64,000 bases of DNA from Nemertoderma westbladi (Eukaryota; Animalia; Xenacoelomorpha): positions 1 to 64,000 of the forward strand of contig JAUCBJ010004138.1 in the NCBI GenBank assembly GCA_032718475.1, in the 5' to 3' direction. The translations under genes and the position numbers were made by a program. Positions 25,201-43,200 of this stretch are shown here, piece by piece. A model generated the notes under the pieces. It made no database searches and was not told the origin of the DNA. It was given only the letters and a program-made list of their open reading frames with translations. Within the stretch, counting starts at the first letter, position 1. Each line of letters opens with the position of its first letter.

Positions 25201-28200
25201 AATAGTACTGCCAGATTATCATAGAACCGCAGATTTACAATAATAACTGCCAGTTTATCATAGAACCACAGATTTACAATAATAACTGCCAGTTTCTTAC
25301 AGAACCACAGATTTACAATAATAACTGCCAGTTTATCATAGAACCGCAGATTTACAATAATAACTGCCAGATTATCATAGAACCGCAGATTTACAATAAT
25401 AACTGTCAGATTATCATAGAACCACAGATTTACAATAATAACTGCAAGATTATCATAGAACCGCAGATTTACAATAATAACTGCCAGATTATCATAGAAC
25501 CGCAGATTTACAATAATAACTGCCAGATTATCATAGAACCGCAGATTTACAATAATAACTGCTAGATTATCATAGAACCGCAGATTTACCATAATAACTG
25601 TCAGATTATCATAGAACCACAGATTTACAATAATAACTGCCAGATTATCATAGAACCGCAGATTTACAATAATAACTGCCAGATTATCATAGAACCGCAG
25701 ATTTACAATAATAACTGTCAGATTATCATATAACCGCAGATTTACAATAATAACTGCCAGTTTATCATAGAACCGCAGATTTACAATAATAACTGCCAGA
25801 TTATCATAGAACCGCAAATTTACAATAATAACTGCCAGTTTATCATAGAACCACACAGATTTACAATAATAACTGCCAGATTATCATACAACCGCAGATT
25901 TACAATAATAACTGCCAGATTATCATAGAACCGCAGATTTACAATAATAACTGCCAGATTATCATAGAACCGCAGATTTACAATAATAACTGCCAGTTTA
26001 TCACAGAACCACAGATTTACAATAATAACTGCCAGATTATCATAGAACCGCAGATTTACAATAATAACTGTCAGTTTATCAAACCGCAGATTTAATAACT
26101 GCCAGTTTATCATAGAACCACAGATTTACAATAATAACTGCCAGTTTATCATAGAACCGCAGATTTACAATAATAACTGCCAGTTTATCATAGAACCACA
26201 GATTTACAATAATAACTGTCAGTTTATCATAGGACCACAGATTTACAATAATAACTGCCAGATTATCATAGAACCGCAGATTTACAATAATAACTGCCAG
26301 ATTATCATAGAACCGCAGATTTACAATAATAACTGCCAATTTATCATAGAACCGCAGATTTACAATAATAACTGCCAGATTATCATAGAACCGCAGATTT
26401 ACAATAATAACTGCCAGATTATCATTGAGCCACAGATTTACAATAATAACTGCCAGTTTATCATAGAACCACAGATTTACAATAATAACTGCCATATTAT
26501 CATAGAACCACAGATTTACAATAAAAACTGCCAGTTTCTTACAGAACCACAGATTTACAATAATAACTGCCAGTTTATCATAGAACCGCAGATTTACAAT
26601 AATAACTGCCAGATTATCATAGAACCGCAGATTTACAATAATAACTGTCAGATTATCATAGAACCGCAGATTTACAATAATAACTGCCAGTTTATCATAG
26701 AACCGCAGATTTACAATAATAACTGCCAGATTATCATAGAACCGCAAATTTACAATAATAACTGCCAGTTTATCATAGAACCACACAGATTTACAATAAT
26801 AACTGCCAGTTTCTTACAGAACCACAGATTTACAATAATAACAGCCAGTTTATCATAGAACCGCAGATTTACAATAATAACTGCCAGATTATCATAGAAC
26901 CGCAGATTTACAATAATAACTGCCAGATTATCATAGAACCACAGATTTACAATAATAACTGCCAGATTATCATAGAACCGCAGATTTACCATAATAACTG
27001 TCAGATTATCATAGAACCACAGATTTACAATAATAACTGCCAGATTATCATAGAACCGCAGATTTACAATAATAACTGCCAGATTATCATAGAACCGCAG
27101 ATTTACAATAATAACTGTCAGATTATCATATAACCGCAGATTTACAATAATAACTGCCAGTTTATCATAGAACCGCAGATTTACAATAATAACTGCCAGA
27201 TTATCATAGAACCGCAAATTTACAATAATAACTGCCAGTTTATCATAGAACCACACAGATTTACAATAATAACTGCCAGATTATCATACAACCGCAGATT
27301 TACAATAATAACTGCCAGATTATCATAGAACCGCAGATTTACAATAATAACTGCCAGATTATCATAGAACCGCAGATTTACAATAATAACTGCCAGTTTA
27401 TCACAGAACCACAGATTTACAATAATAACTGCCAGATTATCATAGAACCGCAGATTTACAATAATAACTGTCAGTTTATCAAACCGCAGATTTAATAACT
27501 GCCAGTTTATCATAGAACCACAGATTTACAATAATAACTGCCAGTTTATCATAGAACCGCAGATTTACAATAATAACTGCCAGTTTATCATAGAACCACA
27601 GATTTACAATAATAACTGTCAGTTTATCATAGGACCACAGATTTACAATAATAACTGCCAGATTATCATAGAACCGCAGATTTACAATAATAACTGCCAG
27701 ATTATCATAGAACCGCAGATTTACAATAATAACTGCCAATTTATCATAGAACCGCAGATTTACAATAATAACTGCCAGATTATCATAGAACCGCAGATTT
27801 ACAATAATAACTGCCAGATTATCATTGAGCCACAGATTTACAATAATAACTGCCAGTTTATCATAGAACCACAGATTTACAATAATAACTGCCATATTAT
27901 CATAGAACCACAGATTTACAATAAAAACTGCCAGTTTCTTACAGAACCACAGATTTACAATAATAACTGCCAGTTTATCATAGAACCGCAGATTTACAAT
28001 AATAACTGCCAGATTATCATAGAACCGCAGATTTACAATAATAACTGTCAGATTATCATAGAACCGCAGATTTACAATAATAACTGCCAGTTTATCATAG
28101 AACCGCAGATTTACAATAATAACTGCCAGATTATCATAGAACCGCAAATTTACAATAATAACTGCCAGTTTATCATAGAACCACACAGATTTACAATAAT

Positions 28201-31200
28201 AACTGCCAGTTTCTTACAGAACCACAGATTTACAATAATAACAGCCAGTTTATCATAGAACCGCAGATTTACAATAATAACTGCCAGATTATCATAGAAC
28301 CGCAGATTTACAATAATAACTGCCAGATTATCATAGAACCACAGATTTACAATAATAACTGCCAGATTATCATAGAACCGCAGATTTACAATAATAACTG
28401 CCAGATTATCATAGAATCACAGATTTACAATAATAACTGCCAGTTTATCATAGAACCACACAGATTTACAATAATAACTGCCAGATTCTTACAGAACCAC
28501 AGATTTACAATAATAACAGCCAGTTTATCATAGAACCGCAGATTTACAATAATAACTGCCAGATTATCATAGAACCACAGATTTACAATAATAACTGCCA
28601 GATTATCATAGAACCGCAGATTTACAATAATAACTGCCAGATTATCATAGAATCACAGATTTACAATAATAACTGCCAGATATCATAGAACCGCAGATTT
28701 ACAATAGTACTGCCAGATTATCATAGAACCGCAGATTTACAATAATAACTGCCAGTTTATCATAGAACCACAGATTTACAATAATAACTGCCAGTTTCTT
28801 ACAGAACCACAGATTTACAATAATAACTGCCAGTTTATCATAGAACCGCAGATTTACAATAATAACTGCCAGTTTCTTACAGAACCACAGATTTACAATA
28901 ATAACTGCCAGTTTATCATAGAACCGCAGATTTACAATAATAACTGCCAGATTATCATAGAACCGCAGATTTACAATAATAACTGTCAGATTATCATAGA
29001 ACCGCAGATTTACAATAATAACTGCCAGTTTATCATAGAACCGCAGATTTACAATAATAACTGCCAGATTATCATAGAACCGCAAATTTACAATAATAAC
29101 TGCCAGTTTATCATAGAACCACACAGATTTACAATAATAACTGCCAGTTTCTTACAGAACCACAGATTTACAATAATAACAGCCAGTTTATCATAGAACC
29201 GCAGATTTACAATAATAACTGCCAGATTATCATAGAACCGCAGATTTACAATAATAACTGCCAGATTATCATAGAACCACAGATTTACAATAATAACTGC
29301 CAGATTATCATAGAACCGCAGATTTACAATAATAACTGCCAGATTATCATAGAATCACAGATTTACAATAATAACTGCCAGTTTATCATAGAACCACACA
29401 GATTTACAATAATAACTGCCAGTTTCTTACAGAACCACAGATTTACAATAATAACAGCCAGTTTATCATAGAACCGCAGATTTACAATAATAACTGCCAG
29501 ATTATCATAGAACCACAGATTTACAATAATAACTGCCAGATTATCATAGAACCGCAGATTTACAATAATAACTGCCAGATTATCATAGAATCACAGATTT
29601 TCAATAATAACTGCCAGATATCATAGAACCGCAGATTTACAATAGTACTGCCAGATTATCATAGAACCGCAGATTTACAATAATAACTGCCAGTTTATCA
29701 TAGAACCACAGATTTACAATAATAACTGCCAGTTTCTTACAGAACCACAGATTTACAATAATAACTGCCAGTTTATCATAGAACCGCAGATTTACAATAA
29801 TAACTGCCAGATTATCATAGAACCGCAGATTTACAATAATAACTGTCAGATTATCATAGAACCACAGATTTACAATAATAACTGCCAGATTATCATAGAA
29901 CCGCAGATTTACAATAATAACTGCCAGATTATCATAGAACCGCAGATTTACAATAATAACTGTCAGATTATCATAACCGCAGATTTACAATAATAACTGC
30001 CAGTTTATCATAGAACCGCAGATTTACAATAATAACTGCCAGATTATCATAGAACCGCAAATTTACAATAATAACTGCCAGATTATCATAGAACCGCAGA
30101 TTTACAATAATAACTGCCAGATTATCATAGAACCACAGATTTACAATAATAACTGCCAGATTATCATAGAACCGCAGATTTACAATAATAACTGCCAGAT
30201 TATCATAGAACCACAGATTTACAATAATAACTGCCAGATTATCATAGAACCGCAGATTTACAATAATAACTGCTAGATTATCATAGAACCGCAGATTTAC
30301 CATAATAACTGCCAGATTATCATAGAACCGCAGATTTACAATAATAACTGCCAGTTTATCATAGAACCACAGATTTACAATAATAACTGCCAGTTTCTTA
30401 CAGAACCACAGATTTACAATAATAACTGCAAGTTTATCATAGAACCGCAGATTTACAATAATAACTGCCAGATTATCATAGAACCGCAGATTTACAATAA
30501 TAACTGTCAGATTATCATAGAACCGCAGATTTACAATAATAACTGCCAGTTTATCATAGAACCGCAGATTTACAATAATAACTGCCAGATTATCATAGAA
30601 CCGCAAATTTACAATAATAACTGCCAGTTTATCATAGAACCACACAGATTTACAATAATAACTGCCAGTTTCTTACAGAACCACAGATTTACAATAATAA
30701 CAGCCAGTTTATCATAGAACCGCAGATTTACAATAATAACTGCCAGATTATCATAGAACCACAGATTTACAATAATAACTGCCAGATTATCATAGAACCG
30801 CAGATTTACAATAATAACTGCCAGATTATCATAGAATCACAGATTTACAATAATAACTGCCAGATATCATAGAACCGCAGATTTACAATAGTACTGCCAG
30901 ATTATCATAGAACCGCAGATTTACAATAATAACTGCCAGTTTATCATAGAACCACAGATTTACAATAATAACTGCCAGTTTCTTACAGAACCACAGATTT
31001 ACAATAATAACTGCCAGTTTATCATAGAACCGCAGATTTACAATAATAACTGCCAGATTATCATAGAACCGCAGATTTACAGTAATAACTGTCAGATTAT
31101 CATAGAACCGCAGATTTACAATAATAACTGCCAGTTTATCATAGAACCGCAGATTTACAATAATAACTGCCTGATTATCATAGAACCGCAACTTTACAAT

Positions 31201-34200
31201 AATAACTGCCAGTTTATCATAGAACCACACAGATTTACAATAATAACTGCCAGTTTCTTACAGAACCACAGATTTACAATAATAACAGCCAGTTTATCAT
31301 AGAACCGCAGATTTACAATAATAACTGCCAGATTATCATAGAACCGCAGATTTACAATAATAACTGCCAGATTATCATAGAAACGCAGATTTACAATAAT
31401 AACTGCCAATTTACCATAGAACCGCAGATTTACAATAATAACTGCCAGATTATCATACAACCGCAGATTTACAATAATAACTGCCAGATTATCATAGAAC
31501 CGCAGATTTACAATAATAACTGCCAGATTATCATAGAACCGCAAATTTACAATAATAACTGCCAGTTTATCATAGAACCACACAGATTTACAATAATAAC
31601 TGCCAGATTATCATACAACCGCAGATTTACAATAATAACTGCCAGATTATCATAGAACCGCAGATTTACAATAATAACTGCCAGATTATCATAGAACCGC
31701 AAATTTACAATAATAACTGCCAGTTTATCATAGAACCACACAGATTTACAATAATAACTGCCAGATTATCATACAACCGCAGATTTACAATAATAACTGC
31801 CAGATTATCATAGAACCGCAGATTTACAATAATAACTGCCAGATTATCATAGAACCGCAGATTTACAATAATAACTGCCAGTTTATCACAGAACCACAGA
31901 TTTACAATAATAACTGCCAGATTATCATAGAACCGCAGATTTACAATAATAACTGTCAGTTTATCAAACCGCAGATTTAATAACTGCCAGTTTATCATAG
32001 AACCACAGATTTACAATAATAACTGCCAGTTTATCATAGAACCGCAGATTTACAATAATAACTGCCAGTTTATCATAGAACCACAGATTTACAATAATAA
32101 CTGTCAGTTTATCATAGGACCACAGATTTACAATAATAACTGCCAGATTATCATTGAGCCACAGATTTACAATAATAACTGCCAGTTTATCATAGAACCA
32201 CAGATTTACAATAATAACTGCCAGATTATCATAGAACCACAGATTTACAATAATAACTGCCAGTTTCTTACAGAACCACAGATTTACAATAATAACTGCC
32301 AGTTTATCATAGAACCGCAGATTTACAATAATAACTGCCAGATTATCATAGAACCGCAGATTTACAATAATAACTGTCAGATTATCATAGAACCGCAGAT
32401 TTACAATAATAACTGCCAGTTTATCATAGAACCGCAGATTTACAATAATAACTGCCAGATTATCATAGAACCGCAAATTTACAATAATAACTGCCAGATT
32501 ATCATAGAACCGCAGATTTACAATAATAACTGCCAGATTATCATAGAACCGCAGATTTACAATAATAACTGCCAGTTTATCACAGAACCACAGATTTACA
32601 ATAATAACTGCCAGATTATCATAGAACCGCAGATTTACAATAATAACTGTCAGTTTATCAAACCGCAGATTTAATAACTGCCAGTTTATCATAGAACCAC
32701 AGATTTACAATAATAACTGCCAGTTTATCATAGAACCGCAGATTTACAATAATAACTGCCAGTTTATCATAGAACCACAGATTTACAATAATAACTGTCA
32801 GTTTATCATAGGACCACAGATTTACAATAATAACTGCCAGATTATCATTGAGCCACAGATTTACAATAATAACTGCCAGTTTATCATAGAACCACAGATT
32901 TACAATAATAACTGCCAGATTATCATAGAACCACAGATTTACAATAATAACTGCCAGTTTCTTACAGAACCACAGATTTACAATAATAACTGCCAGTTTA
33001 TCATAGAACCGCAGATTTACAATAATAACTGCCAGATTATCATAGAACCGCAGATTTACAATAATAACTGTCAGATTATCATAGAACCGCAGATTTACAA
33101 TAATAACTGCCAGTTTATCATAGAACCGCAGATTTACAATAATAACTGCCAGATTATCATAGAACCGCAAATTTACAATAATAACTGCCAGTTTATCATA
33201 GAACCACACAGATTTACAATAATAACTGCCAGTTTCTTACAGAACCACAGATTTACAATAATAACAGCCAGTTTATCATAGAACCGCAGATTTACAATAA
33301 TAACTGCCAGATTATCATAGAACCGCAGATTTACAATAATAACTGCCAGATTATCATAGAACCACAGATTTACAATAATAACTGCCAGATTATCATAGAA
33401 CCGCAGATTTACAATAATAACTGCCAGATTATCATAGAATCACAGATTTACAATAATAACTGCCAGTTTATCATAGAACCACACAGATTTACAATAATAA
33501 CTGCCAGATTCTTACAGAACCACAGATTTACAATAATAACAGCCAGTTTATCATAGAACCGCAGATTTACAATAATAACTGCCAGATTATCATAGAACCA
33601 CAGATTTACAATAATAACTGCCAGATTATCATAGAACCGCAGATTTACAATAATAACTGCCAGATTATCATAGAATCACAGATTTACAATAATAACTGCC
33701 AGATATCATAGAACCGCAGATTTACAATAGTACTGCCAGATTATCATAGAACCGCAGATTTACAATAATAACTGCCAGTTTATCATAGAACCACAGATTT
33801 ACAATAATAACTGCCAGTTTCTTACAGAACCACAGATTTACAATAATAACTGCCAGTTTATCATAGAACCGCAGATTTACAATAATAACTGCCAGTTTCT
33901 TACAGAACCACAGATTTACAATAATAACTGCCAGTTTATCATAGAACCGCAGATTTACAATAATAACTGCCAGATTATCATAGAACCGCAGATTTACAAT
34001 AATAACTGTCAGATTATCATAGAACCGCAGATTTACAATAATAACTGCCAGTTTATCATAGAACCGCAGATTTACAATAATAACTGCCAGATTATCATAG
34101 AACCGCAAATTTACAATAATAACTGCCAGTTTATCATAGAACCACACAGATTTACAATAATAACTGCCAGTTTCTTACAGAACCACAGATTTACAATAAT

Positions 34201-37200
34201 AACAGCCAGTTTATCATAGAACCGCAGATTTACAATAATAACTGCCAGATTATCATAGAACCGCAGATTTACAATAATAACTGCCAGATTATCATAGAAC
34301 CACAGATTTACAATAATAACTGCCAGATTATCATAGAACCGCAGATTTACAATAATAACTGCCAGATTATCATAGAATCACAGATTTACAATAATAACTG
34401 CCAGTTTATCATAGAACCACACAGATTTACAATAATAACTGCCAGTTTCTTACAGAACCACAGATTTACAATAATAACAGCCAGTTTATCATAGAACCGC
34501 AGATTTACAATAATAACTGCCAGATTATCATAGAACCACAGATTTACAATAATAACTGCCAGATTATCATAGAACCGCAGATTTACAATAACTGCCAGAT
34601 TATCATAGAATCACAGATTTACAATAATAACTGCCAGATATCATAGAACCGCAGATTTACAATAGTACTGCCAGATTATCATAGAACCGCAGATTTACAA
34701 TAATAACTGCCAGTTTATCATAGAACCACAGATTTACAATAATAACTGCCAGTTTCTTACAGAACCACAGATTTACAATAATAACTGCCAGTTTATCATA
34801 GAACCGCAGATTTACAATAATAACTGCCAGATTATCATAGAACCGCAGATTTACAATAATAACTGTCAGATTATCATAGAACCACAGATTTACAATAATA
34901 ACTGCCAGATTATCATAGAACCGCAGATTTACAATAATAACTGCCAGATTATCATAGAACCGCAGATTTACAATAATAACTGTCAGATTATCATAACCGC
35001 AGATTTACAATAATAACTGCCAGTTTATCATAGAACCGCAGATTTACAATAATAACTGCCAGATTATCATAGAACCGCAAATTTACAATAATAACTGCCA
35101 GATTATCATAGAACCGCAGATTTACAATAATAACTGCCCGATTATCATAGAACCACAGATTTACAATAATAACTGCCAGATTATCATAGAACCGCAGATT
35201 TACAATAATAACTGCCAGATTATCATAGAACCACAGATTTACAATAATAACTGCCAGATTATCATAGAACCGCAGATTTACAATAATAACTGCTAGATTA
35301 TCATAGAACCGCAGATTTACCATAATAACTGCCAGATTATCATAGAACCGCAGATTTACAATAGTACTGCCAGATTATCATAGAACCGCAGATTTACAAT
35401 AATAACTGCCAGTTTATCATAGAACCACAGATTTACAATAATAACTGCCAGTTTCTTACAGAACCACAGATTTACAATAATAACTGCAAGTTTATCATAG
35501 AACCGCAGATTTACAATAATAACTGCCAGATTATCATAGAACCGCAGATTTACAATAATAACTGTCAGATTATCATAGAACCGCAGATTTACAATAATAA
35601 CTGCCAGTTTATCATAGAACCGCAGATTTACAATAATAACTGCCAGATTATCATAGAACCGCAAATTTACAATAATAACTGCCAGTTTATCATAGAACCA
35701 CACAGATTTACAATAATAACTGCCAGTTTCTTACAGAACCACAGATTTACAATAATAACAGCCAGTTTATCATAGAACCGCAGATTTACAATAATAACTG
35801 CCAGATTATCATAGAACCACAGATTTACAATAATAACTGCCAGATTATCATAGAACCGCAGATTTACAATAATAACTGCCAGATTATCATAGAATCACAG
35901 ATTTACAATAATAACTGCCAGATATCATAGAACCGCAGATTTACAATAGTACTGCCAGATTATCATAGAACCGCAGATTTACAATAATAACTGCCAGTTT
36001 ATCATAGAACCACAGATTTACAATAATAACTGCCAGTTTCTTACAGAACCACAGATTTACAATAATAACTGCCAGTTTATCATAGAACCGCAGATTTACA
36101 ATAATAACTGCCAGATTATCATAGAACCGCAGATTTACAATAATAACTGTCAGATTATCATAGAACCGCAGATTTACAATAATAACTGCCAGTTTATCAT
36201 AGAACCGCAGATTTACAATAATAACTGCCTGATTATCATAGAACCGCAACTTTACAATAATAACTGCCAGTTTATCATAGAACCACACAGATTTACAATA
36301 ATAACTGCCAGTTTCTTACAGAACCACAGATTTACAATAATAACAGCCAGTTTATCATAGAACCGCAGATTTACAATAATAACTGCCAGATTATCATAGA
36401 ACCGCAGATTTACAATAATAACTGCCAGATTATCATAGAAACGCAGATTTACAATAATAACTGCCAATTTACCATAGAACCGCAGATTTACAATAATAAC
36501 TGCCAGATTATCATACAACCGCAGATTTACAATAATAACTGCCAGATTATCATAGAACCGCAGATTTACAATAATAACTGCCAGATTATCATAGAACCGC
36601 AGATTTACAATAATAACTGCCAGATTATCATAGAACCACAGATTTACAATAATAACTGCCAGATTATCATAGAACCGCAGATTTACAATAATAACTGCTA
36701 GATTATCATAGAACCGCAGATTTACCATAATAACTGCCAGATTATCATAGAACCGCAGATTTACAATAATAACTGCCAGATTATCATAGAACCGCAGATT
36801 TACAATAATAACTGCCAGATTATCATAGAACCACAGATTTACAATAATAACTGCCAGATTATCATAGAACCGCAGATTTACAATAATAACTGCCAATATA
36901 TCATAGAACCGCAGATTTACAATAATAACTGCCAGTTTATCATAGAACCACACAGATTTACAATAATAACTGCCAGATTATCATAGAACCGCAGATTTAC
37001 AATAATAACTGCCAATATATCATAGAACCGCAGATTTACAATAATAACTGCCAGATTATCATAGAACCGCAGATTTACAATAATAACTGCCAGATTATCA
37101 TTGAGCCACATATTTACAATAATAACTGCCAGTTTATCACAGAACCACAGATTTACAATAATAACTGCCATATTATCATAGAACCACAGATTTACAATAA

Positions 37201-40200
37201 TAACTGCCAGTTTCTTACAGAACCACAGATTTACAATAATAACTGCCAGTTTATCATAGAACCAAAGATTTACAATAATAACTGCCAGATTATCATAGAA
37301 CCACAGATTTACAATAATAACTGCCAGATTACCATAGAACCACAGGGTCACAATAATAACTGCCAGTTTATCATAGAACCGCAGATTTACAATAATAACT
37401 GCCAGTTTATCATAGAACCGCAGATTTACAATAATAACTGCCAGATTATCATAGAATCGCAGATTTACAATAATAACTGCCAGATTATCATAGAACCACA
37501 GATTTACAATAATAACTGCCAGTTTATCATAGAACCACACAGATTTACCATAATAACTGCCAGTTTCTTACAGAACCACAGATTTACAATAATAACTGCC
37601 AGTTTATCATAGAACTGCAGATTTACAATAATAACTGCCAGTTTCTTACAGAACCACAGATTTACAATAATAACTGCCAGTTTATCATAGGACCACAGAT
37701 TTACAATAGTAACTACCAGTTTCTTACAGAAACGCAGATTTACAATAATAACTGCCAGATTATCATAGAACCGCAGATTTACAATAATAACTGCCAATTT
37801 ATCATAGAACCGCAGATTTACAATAATAGCTGCCAGTTTATCACAGAACCACAGATTTACAATAATAACTGCCAGATTATCATAGAACCGCAGATTTACA
37901 ATAATAACTGTCAGTTTATCAAACCGCAGATTTACAATAATAACTGCCAGTTTATCATAGAACCACAGATTTACAATAATAACTGCCAGTTATCATAGAA
38001 CCGCAGATTTACAATAATAACTGCCAGTTTATCATAGAACCACAGATTTACAATAATAACTGTCAGTTTATCATAGGACCACAGATTTACAATAATAACT
38101 GCCAGATTATCATAGAACCGCAGATTTACAATAATAACTGCCAGATTATCATAGAACCGCAGATTTACAATAATAACTGCCAATTTATCATAGAACCGCA
38201 GATTTACAATAATAACTGCCAGATTATCATAGAACCGCAGATTTACAATAATAACTGCCAGATTATCATTGAGCCACAGATTTACAATAATAACTGCCAG
38301 TTTATCATAGAACCACAGATTTACAATAATAACTGCCAGATTATCATAGAACCACAGATTTGCAATAATAACTGCCAGTTTCTTACAGAACCACAGATTT
38401 ACAATAATAACTGCCAGTTTATCATAGAACCGCAGATTTACAATAATAACTGCCAGATTATCATAGAACCGCAGATTTACAATAATAACTGTCAGATTAT
38501 CATAGAACCGCAGATTTACAATAATAACTGCCAGTTTATCATAGAACCGCAGATTTACAATAATAACTGCCAGATTATCATAGAACCGCAAATTTACAAT
38601 AATAACTGCCAGTTTATCATAGAACCACACAGATTTACAATAATAACTGCCAGTTTCTTACAGAACCACAGATTTACAATAATAACAGCCAGTTTATCAT
38701 AGAACCGCAGATTTACAATAATAACTGCCAGATTATCATAGAACCGCAGATTTACAATAATAACTGCCAGATTATCATAGAACCACAGATTTACAATAAT
38801 AACTGCCAGATTATCATAGAACCGCAGATTTACAATAATAACTGCCAGATTATCATAGAATCACAGATTTACAATAATAACTGCCAGTTTATCATAGAAC
38901 CACACAGATTTACAATAATAACTGCCAGTTTCTTACAGAACCACAGATTTACAATAATAACAGCCAGTTTATCATAGAACCGCAGATTTACAATAATAAC
39001 TGCCAGATTATCATAGAACCACAGAATTACAATAATAACTGCCAGATTATCATAGAACCGCAGATTTACAATAATAACTGCCAGATTATCATAGAATCAC
39101 AGATTTACAATAATAACTGCCAGATATCATAGAACCGCAATTTTCAATAGTACTGCCAGATTATCATAGAACCGCAGATTTACAATAATAACTGCCAGTT
39201 TATCATAGAACCACAGATTTACAATAATAACTGCCAGTTTCTTACAGAACCACAGATTTACAATAATAACTGCCAGTTTATCATAGAACCGCAGATTTAC
39301 AATAATAACTGCCAGATTATCATAGAACCGCAGATTTACAATAATAACTGTCAGATTATCATAGAACCACAGATTTACAATAATAACTGCCAGATTATCA
39401 TAGAACCGCAGATTTACAATAATAACTGCCAGATTATCATAGAACCGCAGATTTACAATAATAACTGTCAGATTATCATATAACCGCAGATTTACAATAA
39501 TAACTGCCAGTTTATCATAGAACCGCAGATTTACAATAATAACTGCCAGATTATCATAGAACCGCAGATTTACAATAATAACTGCCAGATTATCATAGAA
39601 CCACAGATTTACAATAATAACTGCCAGATTATCATAGAACCGCAGATTTACAATAATAACTGCCAGATTATCATAGAATCACAGATTTACAATAATAACT
39701 GCCAGTTTATCATAGAACCACACAGATTTACAATAATAACTGCCAGTTTCTTACAGAACCACAGATTTACAATAATAACAGCCAGTTTATCATAGAACCG
39801 CAGATTTACAATAATAACTGCCAGATTATCATAGAACCACAGATTTACAATAATAACTGCCAGATTATCATAGAACCGCAAATTTACAATAATAACTGCC
39901 AGATTATCATAGAATCACAGATTTACAATAATAACTGCCAGATATCATAGAACCGCAGATTTACAATAGTACTGCCAGATTATCATAGAACCGCAGATTT
40001 ACAATAATAACTGCCAGTTTATCATAGAACCACAGATTTACAATAATAACTGCCAGTTTCTTACAGAACCACAGATTTACAATAATAACTGCCAGTTTAT
40101 CATAGAACCGCAGATTTACAATAATAACTGCCAGATTATCATAGAACCGCAGATTTACAATAATAACTGTCAGATTATCATAGAACCACAGATTTACAAT

Positions 40201-43200
40201 AATAACTGCCAGATTATCATAGAACCGCAGATTTACAATAATAACTGCCAGATTATCATAGAACCGCAGATTTACAATAATAACTGTCAGATTATCATAT
40301 AACCGCAGATTTACAATAATAACTGCCAGTTTATCATAGAACCGCAGATTTACAATAATAACTGCCAGATTATCATAGAACCGCAAATTTACAATAATAA
40401 CTGCCAGTTTATCATAGAACCACACAGATTTACAATAATAACTGCCAGATTATCATACAACCGCAGATTTACAATAATAACTGCCAGATTATCATAGAAC
40501 CGCAGATTTACAATAATAACTGCCAGATTATCATAGAACCGCAGATTTACAATAATAACTGCCAGTTTATCACAGAACCACAGATTTACAATAATAACTG
40601 CCAGATTATCATAGAACCGCAGATTTACAATAATAACTGTCAGTTTATCAAACCGCAGATTTACAATAATAACTGCCAGTTTATCATAGAACCACAGATT
40701 TACAATAATAACTGCCAGTTTATCATAGAACCGCAGATTTACAATAATAACTGCCAGTTTATCATAGAACCACAGATTTACAATAATAACTGTCAGTTTA
40801 TCATAGGACCACAGATTTACAATAATAACTGCCAGATTATCATAGAACCGCAGATTTACAATAATAACTGCCAGATTATCATAGAACCGCAGATTTACAA
40901 TAATAACTGCCAATTTATCATAGAACCGCAGATTTACAATAATAACTGCCAGATTATCATAGAACCGCAGATTTACAATAATAACTGCCAGATTATCATT
41001 GAGCCACAGATTTACAATAATAACTGCCAGTTTATCATAGAACCACAGATTTACAATAATAACTGCCAGATTATCATAGAACCACAGATTTACAATAATA
41101 ACTGCCAGTTTCTTACAGAACCACAGATTTACAATAATAACTGCCAGTTTATCATAGAACCGCAGATTTACAATAATAACTGCCAGATTATCATAGAACC
41201 GCAGATTTACAATAATAACTGTCAGATTATCATAGAACCGCAGATTTACAATAATAACTGCCAGATTATCATAGAACCGCAGATTTACAATAATAACTGC
41301 CAGATTATCATAGAACCGCAAATTTACAATAATAACTGCCAGTTTATCATAGAACCACACAGATTTACAATAATAACTGCCAGTTTCTTACAGAACCACA
41401 GATTTACAATAATAACAGCCAGTTTATCATAGAACCGCAGATTTACAATAATAACTGCCAGATTATCATAGAACCGCAGATTTACAATAATAACTGCCAG
41501 ATTATCATAGAACCACAGATTTACAATAATAACTGCCAGATTATCATAGAACCGCAGATTTACAATAATAACTGCCAGATTATCATAGAATCACAGATTT
41601 ACAATAATAACTGCCAGTTTATCATAGAACCACACAGATTTACAATAATAACTGCCAGATTCTTACAGAACCACAGATTTACAATAATAACAGCCAGTTT
41701 ATCATAGAACCGCAGATTTACAATAATAACTGCCAGATTATCATAGAACCACAGATTTACAATAATAACTGCCAGATTATCATAGAACCGCAGATTTACA
41801 ATAATAACTGCCAGATTATCATAGAATCACAGATTTACAATAATAACTGCCAGATATCATAGAACCGCAGATTTACAATAGTACTGCCAGATTATCATAG
41901 AACCGCAGATTTACAATAATAACTGCCAGTTTATCATAGAACCACAGATTTACAATAATAACTGCCAGTTTCTTACAGAACCACAGATTTACAATAATAA
42001 CTGCCAGTTTATCATAGAACCGCAGATTTACAATAATAACTGCCAGTTTCTTACAGAACCACAGATTTACAATAATAACTGCCAGTTTATCATAGAACCG
42101 CAGATTTACAATAATAACTGCCAGATTATCATAGAACCGCAGATTTACAATAATAACTGTCAGATTATCATAGAACCGCAGATTTACAATAATAACTGCC
42201 AGTTTATCATAGAACCGCAGATTTACAATAATAACTGCCAGATTATCATAGAACCGCAAATTTACAATAATAACTGCCAGTTTATCATAGAACCACACAG
42301 ATTTACAATAATAACTGCCAGTTTCTTACAGAACCACAGATTTACAATAATAACAGCCAGTTTATCATAGAACCGCAGATTTACAATAATAACTGCCAGA
42401 TTATCATAGAACCGCAGATTTACAATAATAACTGCCAGATTATCATAGAACCACAGATTTACAATAATAACTGCCAGATTATCATAGAACCGCAGATTTA
42501 CAATAATAACTGCCAGATTATCATAGAATCACAGATTTACAATAATAACTGCCAGTTTATCATAGAACCACACAGATTTACAATAATAACTGCCAGTTTC
42601 TTACAGAACCACAGATTTACAATAATAACAGCCAGTTTATCATAGAACCGCAGATTTACAATAATAACTGCCAGATTATCATAGAACCACAGATTTACAA
42701 TAATAACTGCCAGATTATCATAGAACCGCAGATTTACAATAATAACTGCCAGATTATCATAGAATCACAGATTTACAATAATAACTGCCAGATATCATAG
42801 AACCGCAGATTTACAATAGTACTGCCAGATTATCATAGAACCGCAGATTTACAATAATAACTGCCAGTTTATCATAGAACCACAGATTTACAATAATAAC
42901 TGCCAGTTTCTTACAGAACCACAGATTTACAATAATAACTGCCAGTTTATCATAGAACCGCAGATTTACAATAATAACTGCCAGTTTCTTACAGAACCAC
43001 AGATTTACAATAATAACTGCCAGTTTATCATAGAACCGCAGATTTACAATAATAACTGCCAGATTATCATAGAACCGCAGATTTACAATAATAACTGTCA
43101 GATTATCATAGAACCGCAGATTTACAATAATAACTGCCAGTTTATCATAGAACCGCAGATTTACAATAATAACTGCCAGATTATCATAGAACCGCAAATT